NCBI GenBank assembly: GCA_040954595.2
Contig: CM082590.2
Location: forward strand, 5,332,001-5,396,000
Source of the DNA: Balanoglossus misakiensis
Taxonomy: Eukaryota; Animalia; Hemichordata
Direction of reading: 5' to 3'
Length of the DNA: 64,000 nucleotides
Shown: positions 56,760-64,000 of the stretch, piece after piece
How positions within the stretch are numbered: the first letter of the stretch is position 1
How the letters are laid out: every line of letters starts with the position of its first letter
Translations under genes and position numbers: made by a program
The notes under the pieces: generated by a model
The model's input: only the letters and a program-made list of their open reading frames with translations
What the model was told of the DNA's origin: nothing
The model's database searches: none

Positions 56760-59700
56760 TTATATGTTTATCACATACATAGATCCGCTAATTTTGCTTT
56801 TCAAATGAAACTCTTTGTGGTTGCGATAAAATTTGGAACTATTTTGTGCAAAATTGAAGATCGATGTTATGCGGTCTATCTGTCAGGTGACTCAGTTCAC
56901 GACCTGGACGATTCTGGTTTTGGCGAGGACCCGTCTGTCGTGCTGGATTTCATCGTCCGTCAAGGTTTCACCGGAGCAGGAAACCTTTCTTGTGCCTTTT
57001 GCTTTATGACTAGACCGTTTTGCTCTAATCGTCGCATCAAAATTTTTGCGAATACTCAATTTTGTACCTGTTGCTCGCGCGACAACGCGACGACATTGGC
57101 TCAGCACTGCTGACCTCGCGACGATAAAAATGTACACAGGTAAAACTAATCGTCGATCGTCAATATTTACACATACGAAACATTTTATTTCTCTTTTCTT
57201 ATGTTTTTATATCGAAATAAAACCAACAATTACACTGAATTTTGCCGCCCTAAGGGGACTTTGTTTACCAGTTTAAAATAGTTCCGTTTGGTGACGTCTA
57301 GTCAGAGGGATGGTAATTACAATAACGCTTGGTGCATATTTACCTACGTCTGACGTCATACTTTGGTAATATGCGGAGCTATGTATGTGATAATCTATCG
57401 AATGTCGTTAATTTTGTTAAGAAATTGCAGTTGATAGATTATGGAACATCTACAGAACTTTCTGCAAGAGTGCGCCACTTTGCAACGTAAACAGAAAAGT
57501 GTCGCGATGAAATGTGAAATTGTTCTTTTAAAACAAAAATAAAGCAAATACGTCCACAAATTACAATGATCATCCATTGTAATACTGTTTTAGATGTTCA
57601 TGATATTATCTGAGAATTTCTTTTGCCAGCCAACATAATCATTTTGTAATGTCAATTAAATTCAAGAAGGCTCGTGGCATCATTTCAAAATATTAATTCC
57701 TACATACAAACTAATAATTGGCAAATTAGCTATTTTTAGTCTTAGTACACTTACCGCCGAGTTCTGAATAACACGCCGTCAAAGCCACTGGACGTCGACC
57801 TGCATACATGGTCAGAATACTCGCTGTATGACAGAGCAGACAACTTTAAAGGAACCGCATTGATAACAGCGTCACTTTGTGCTGTTTATTGCTCTCCACT
57901 CACAAATGGAATTCAACTGAAACCACTCGACTTCATTTATTGCAACTAGTGTTTACCTTTACGCACACAAAATAACCCTGCTATAAATTATCAGCATATA
58001 AAGTTTAAGTCTAAAGTTTTTTCTTCTCTATAAAATGCAAGTATGAATTTTATCAGCTATTTTGTAATGCAAATTGTCAATTCTTTTGTGCATAAATGTG
58101 CAGGAATGTATTAGCGTAGGGGGGGGGGGCTCCTTAAAGATTAAATACTGTTTAATATATTGGCTTCACGCGTATAGACTTTGGCGGAAACCACTCAACA
58201 AACTTAATATATGGCACAGGGTGTTTGTTTAGTTGGCAGAAAAACACTCCACTACAATCAAGTAGCTACAAACATTATGCAAACATATTTAAATATTATT
58301 ATTACAAACATTGTTTTCCGCCAGATCGCGATAATCTCAGGTGAGCTACAGGTCATACAGCTGTTTGTCAAAAATATTGTCGCAACCATGGCCCCTTTAG
58401 AGCAACAGTTTCTGAGTTGCCATAAGATTCTGTGGTTTATTTCGCATGTTTTTAAAGTTTAGGTCCGGTCAAAATGTTCATATTTATTTAAACAGGAATA
58501 AACGATGTCGTGTCCACGAATACTCTTTTTTCCTGGAAGAGGGCAAATCAAAATCCAAAAATATTGGGCCGTGTGTAAATGCATATTATCGTAAAGGGGC
58601 ATGCATGCGATAACAGAAAAAACATGGAGACTGCAGTTATAAACTAAAAAACTAAAAAAAATCAACATCAATCTAGAATTTGTGAGCTGAGACGTGTTTA
58701 ACGAAGGGCAATCGACACGTCACCCACAACAAACGCACTGATAAGAACAACAGTATAAGACCCACGTTGACAAAAATTTAGACAGTTCAACCTAAGTTTT
58801 GATTTCTAATCATGTACTACTGTTGTACCCCCTCTTGTCGCTACCAAGATAAATGTTTTGATTAGTCAACTGCTTGCAAAATCTGCATCTGATTTCATTT
58901 GGAGTCCCAACACGTGTAAATTTAACCTTCCAGCTTTGATGTATACTAAGAATTATTGGTGTAGATAATCCAATCACAAATAATTTGCGTCCGGTCTCAA
59001 AATTAATAAGAACAACAGTATAAGACCCACGTTAGCAAATATTTTTAGGCAAACATTGGCCAGTTGTCATAAAGCTGTCCATCAATTGTATTGCTCTTAT
59101 CAACAGAGAATGGCCTTCACCTGCATCTGATTACATGTTGGAGTCAGTGAGACTCCATGTGTACCAGTGTCTAGTGTGTAAGTGTTATCAGCACTGCTCA
59201 ACTGTATTCATAATTTTTAATTGAAACTTAAACTTTGACTATTGTTCCTATTAGCCAACATCGATTGAATTGTTGTTCATATCAGCGCGTTCACACTCAC
59301 TCATGTACTAAGTAAAGAAGTGTAAATGACATCCCTGTCCACACAAGAACATAAGTTTGGCCTTCCATTCATGAGGTTTCTGTGACTATTCTTTAGGTAT
59401 TGTTGTTCTAGGTATTTTTTTGATAATCCGATGGTTTACTTTGAAGTTTATTGACATGCTGTCTGTTTAGCTTGGTATGTACAGGTACGTATCAGAAACG
59501 ATTTAGTTTGGGTCTTAAAGATAAAATACTGTTTGTTCTATTAGCTTTACGCGTATAGACTTTGACGGAAACCACTCCACACCCACACTATATATAGCAC
59601 AGGGTGTTTGTTTAGTCGGCAGAAAAACACTCCACCACAATCAAGTAGCTACAAACATTGTTCAATCAGATCGTGATAAAGTCAGGAATTATCGTGAGCT

Positions 59701-62155
59701 ACAGCTGTTTGGCAAAATATTGTCACAACCATGGCCCCTTTAGAGCAACAGTTTCTGAGATGCCATAAGAGGCCATGGTTTATTTCGTATGTGTTTAATT
59801 ATACTAGTTTAGTATCTAGCCGTATTTTGTCCGTATTTTGCTTTCAAAATTATGTCTAGAGTCATGCATGCTACTACATGCCACTGGCCCAATAAAACCT
59901 GGGAATTGTGATGTAACTAGCGTCCCTCTGAAGTCAATCCCAGACTGTTTTTCCTAGGATTGGACAAATGATATACATGTGTGTAATTAAGGATGGGTAA
60001 ACTTTTTATTTGAAATTAGCCCCACCTTCACTATAATCTAACGCCCAATCACCAGTGTTCAGTTTATGTGATTGACTACACGGGAACAGATGCTGGTTAC
60101 ATCACAACTTCTAGATTATTCGATCGCTGGCGAAAGGGAACCAATCAGAACGTGTGTCTCATAAATGTATCGAAATGCACATTTTAACCGTTACTTTGCC
60201 ATGCCGATTGGTATTTTTTTTTTCTACCGTGGACCGCTGTCCTGCATGAGTGTTGGGTGATTGATGGTGATTCGCTGCTCTGTTTCTGCCTTGGTTTAAA
60301 TCACAGTCGAAGATTGACCATGTGTAAATCCTTTTGCTCGTGTCCGCTTATTATCCGGAGACTTCAGTGGAGTCGCTCAGGTCTGACTGTCAAAAGGACA
60401 CCGCTCGAACAAGTATGCAGTAAATCATGACATATTGAGTAGAATATTGTATTTCAAGGGGTATATTTTTTAGAAAATTGGGCCAGGATAGGCATACATT
60501 TCAGGCCCAGTCAGACGAAATTGTTTCTACAGCACATTACATAGCTATGTCAACCCAGCTGTCACATATATTGTGAAAGGCTGGCGCCATACCTGCGTCA
60601 CTTTGAAGGAACTCATGTCGGGTCAGAGGTCATCATTCATTTATATTGCATGACTCCGGTCTGCCATGTTTATAGAAGCACTGTCAGAATGACTACAAAG
60701 TAACACAGGCATGTATTTCAACAGGTGTTATATCTCAAGCTAGGACCTGCTGCTCATAAAAAGTTAGTTTACAACAAATCAGCGAAAGAGGTTAAATACG
60801 TGTAACCATAAAAATTATAAATAAAACGTCGTGATGAGAGACCGGGACTTCTCTGTTTTTTGTCACACGTTGGATAACCGCGCGTGTATTGAAAAAAAAT
60901 TAACTTAAACATTAACTAGGTCGTGAGACGGATAAACGCCAACTTGAAGTAGGTTAATTTAAGTTTACATATAATATCCATAAATTATAAGACCTACATT
61001 TACAAACAGTTTTAGACATGTTAATCCATTTTTTTATTTTCATCCAAACGTAGATAAGCAATTGCTTGCAGTTATTATTGTCGTGGAGAATGGCCTTCAT
61101 CAACACCTCCATCTGATTATATTTGGAGTCAGTGAGATTGCATGTGTACCAATGTTAATTGTGTCATCTTTATCAGCACCGTTCATTCGCATTAATCCTT
61201 TTCGACTAGGATTTATTAAAACCGAGACCAGCATTCATAAAATTGTCAGCCAATATTGATTTTATTGCTGTTATCAGCGCTCTCTATGTGGTACAAAGTA
61301 AAGAAGTATGGGGGATATTTGTGACCTGGCCACTATAAAATGTATTCATAAATTTGACCTTTCAGCTATGATGTTTGGGACTATATGTACATCAAGAATT
61401 GTTGTTGTGGATATTCCGATCCGTGGAATCCGTTTTGAAATTAATTGTCATACAAACAATCTATTCAGCTTGTAATCAGATTAAATTTAATTTCAGTCTT
61501 AAAGCTTAAATACATATATACTGTTTATTGTTTTGGCTTTATGGCATACCGAAACCACTCAACACATTTTATAGCACAGAATGTTTTAGCTGGTAGAGAA
61601 AAACTCCGCCATTCAAACACACAATCAAGCAGGATAGAAACACTTCTCAACTAGATCGTGATAAAGTCAGGATTATCATGAGCTTGAATTCAGCTGTTTT
61701 GCATTCAACACATTGACGAAAACTATTCCCCCCACCCCCTTGGCCTTGTACAGTTTCTGCGTTGCCAGAAGAGACCATGTTTTATTTCTCATGTTTAGAA
61801 TTATTCAATTATTCATCGGCCAGTTACAGAGTTGACGAAACGGAGCCAATCAGAATGTACGTCTCACAAATGTGTTCACATATAAATTAAACCGTTACTT
61901 GTCCAGTACTATTCTATTTCGACTGCAGATCGCTGTCTTACGTGAATGTTGCATGATTGTTTTGGGGTTTTGTGCTACTCCGTTTTCTTGGCAAGCTCAG
62001 TCGAGCAGTGATGACTGTGTTCTAACCAGTACAACGGTAAATCCTGACACGTTAAGTAGCTTCATGACTGTGAGTATACACATATGTTCCACAGTAGATT
62101 GCATCAGGGACACACTGCACTGTCTACAGGATCGCGCGTCAGAATAGTCAAGTAT

Positions 62156-62283
62156 CTAGTATCTAGCCGTATTTTGTCCGCTTTGCTTCCAAAACTACGT
62201 CTAACTTCAATCATGCCACTGGCCAAATAAAACCCCATACATTGTTTTGGAAGCAAGGCGGACAAAATACGGCTAGATACTAG
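62156..62283. mobile_element. Small MITE with ~40-bp TIRs
   Basis: ctagtatctagccgtattttgtccgctttgcttccaaaac / gttttggaagcaaggcggacaaaatacggctagatactag. Confidence 0.75.
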
Positions 62284-63529
62284 ACTAGTGTCTGCATGGC
62301 CATGGAAAAAGTTCTCAGAAATTCGGTAGATTTTCTATTTTCTGAGAATTTCCATTTGCCAGCCAACATCATAATTTTATCATGTCAATTAAATTCAAAA
62401 TATAAATTCCTACATACAAACTAATAATTGGCAAATTAGCTAACTTTAGTCTTATTACACTTACCGCCGAGTTCTGAATGACACGCCGTCAAAGCCACTG
62501 GACGTCGACCTGCATACACGGTCAGAATAGTCGCTGTATGACAGAGCAGACAGCTTTAAAGGAACCGCATTGATAACAGCGTCACTTTGCATGGTTTATT
62601 GCTGTCCACCACTGCCTTGCACAAATGGAATTCAACTGAAACCACTCGACGTCATTTATTGCAACTAGTGTTTACCTTTACACACACAAAAAACCCTGCT
62701 GTAAACTATCAGCATATAAAGTTTAAGTCTAAAGTCTTTTTCTTCTCTATAAAATGCAAGTATGAATTTTACCAGCTATTTAGTAATGCAAATTGTCCAT
62801 TATTTTGTGCGTATATGTGTTGGAATGTATTAGCGTAGCGGGGGGGGGGGGGGCATCTCTTAAATATTTCATACGGTTTAATCTATTGGCTTTATGCGAA
62901 TATACTTTGACGGAAACCACTCAACACACTTAATATATAGCACAGGGTGTTTGTTTAGTCGGCAGAAAAACACTCCACCACAATCAAGTAACATATAAAC
63001 ATTTTTCAACCAGATCACGATAACGTCAGGAATTATCGTGAGCTACACGTCATACAGCTGTTTGGCAAAATATTGTCGCAACCATGGCCCCTTTAGAGAA
63101 CAGTTTCTGAGTTGGCAAACGTGGCCGTGGTTTATTTCGCATTTTTTTAAATTCTTCATCAGGCAATTCAAGCGCTGGCGAAACGCAACCAATCAGAGCG
63201 TGCGTCTCATAAATGTATCGGAATGCAAATTTTAACCGTTTGATATAACAATACAAAATCTGAGAAGGAAATGACAGAATATATTTGTATGAGGCCATTT
63301 GTGTGTGCGGGCCATTTTTAAGACTAAATTTAAAACAGTTATTAGAGCCCTTGACAAGTGGTTTTTCCCCCTGCCAAGCACCCTTCTTATCAAGCTTCAT
63401 TCAATATTACATGAGCAAAACAGTTCAGCATTTCACCTTGGTGTTTGCAAATTGTTCCTTCACCCATATACCAAACCACTGTTCTCCAAACATGCTGCTC
63501 ATCATCCTATACACACTGAGAGAGCACCA

Positions 63530-63551
63530 AGTGTCCTTGACGCTATTTTTT
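63530..63551 (+). mobile_element. 3' end of a second Helentron-like element
   Basis: agtgtccttgacgctatttttt is identical to the 3' stem-loop and T-run at about 35518-35539. Confidence 0.55.
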
Positions 63552-64000
63552 GATATAGCTGTTTTATAGATAATTTTACCATAGGAAAACTATAGCTTGA
63601 GGTGAGCAACAATGCTGACTGAAAACGTAGGATGGGAACACTTTTTTCACTCTTCATGCTTAAATTCAAAATATACAAGAAATATGTTGTTTGACGGGTC
63701 CCATACAAAATGTAGAGCGGAATATAAAGTAAGGGTACCTGGAGGAACGATAGTCGATATAATCTCTACCACGTTGTTTCATGAGTCACTGGACTGACCC
63801 ATCAGAAGACTAAACTGGCCAGTTTATTACTTTTTGCCTTTAAAACACATCAACAGTTTTCAAGATTAGAAATTCCGGTACGCATAGATATTAACACTTG
63901 TTGATGTGGTCAGTGGGGGAAACATTGTAAATTATGTATTTTGATTGTTTGCTGTAACCCAGATTACAGCAATTATTAATTAGCAGTCAGAATCTTTCAG

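Larger units (their letters stand above)
50765..64000. repeat. Nested, diverged tandem/segmental repeat array
   Basis: A ~0.8-1 kb subunit (cagtataagacccacgtt...ggaaaccactc...gtcggcagaaaaacactcc...ccatggcccct) in about 7 full or partial copies, a ~6.2-6.3 kb duplication (52240~58445, 54480~60780), and 50765-51010 repeated at 63755-64000. Confidence 0.85.

Noticed and set aside
50765-64000. Short ORFs in the upstream array as a duplicated-exon gene
   Set aside because: Frames and splice sites are not conserved between copies (for example, the acceptor-like ctgcag at about 53926-53931 is absent in the copy near 60230).

Overview
Eukaryotic, repeat-rich metazoan genomic DNA with spliceosomal introns and a transposon complement typical of marine invertebrates; the species cannot be determined from sequence alone. 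The main gene is an 8-exon minus-strand gene (49314->19757) of which the ORF track shows only the last exon. Read by hand, it has a 30-nt first coding exon, five 99-nt phase-0 ankyrin exons, a 42-nt capping exon and a 3.2-kb terminal LRR-Roc-COR exon, giving a kinase-less ANK-LRR-Roc-COR (ROCO) protein of about 1259 aa. Three ankyrin exons are recent tandem duplicates, each within a ~3-3.6 kb unit. Their framework codons are identical, while nearly all substitutions are amino-acid changing and cluster on the ankyrin binding surface, which suggests a diversifying, DARPin-like receptor. One intron carries a TIR element with about 16 perfect GGAAATTTCC (kappaB-type) palindromes, and the promoter region has kappaB, ETS and CRE motifs. 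The first 3.7 kb is a same-strand mosaic of orphan exons resembling ELAC2, PDCD6IP/ALIX and hnRNP A1/A2. The rest is transposon material (Ngaro/DIRS, a Crypton-like tyrosine recombinase, a near-intact RTEX-like LINE, Helentron-like and Kolobok-like elements, several MITEs) plus a nested repeat array at 50.7-64 kb upstream of the ROCO gene. All alignments and counts were done by eye.
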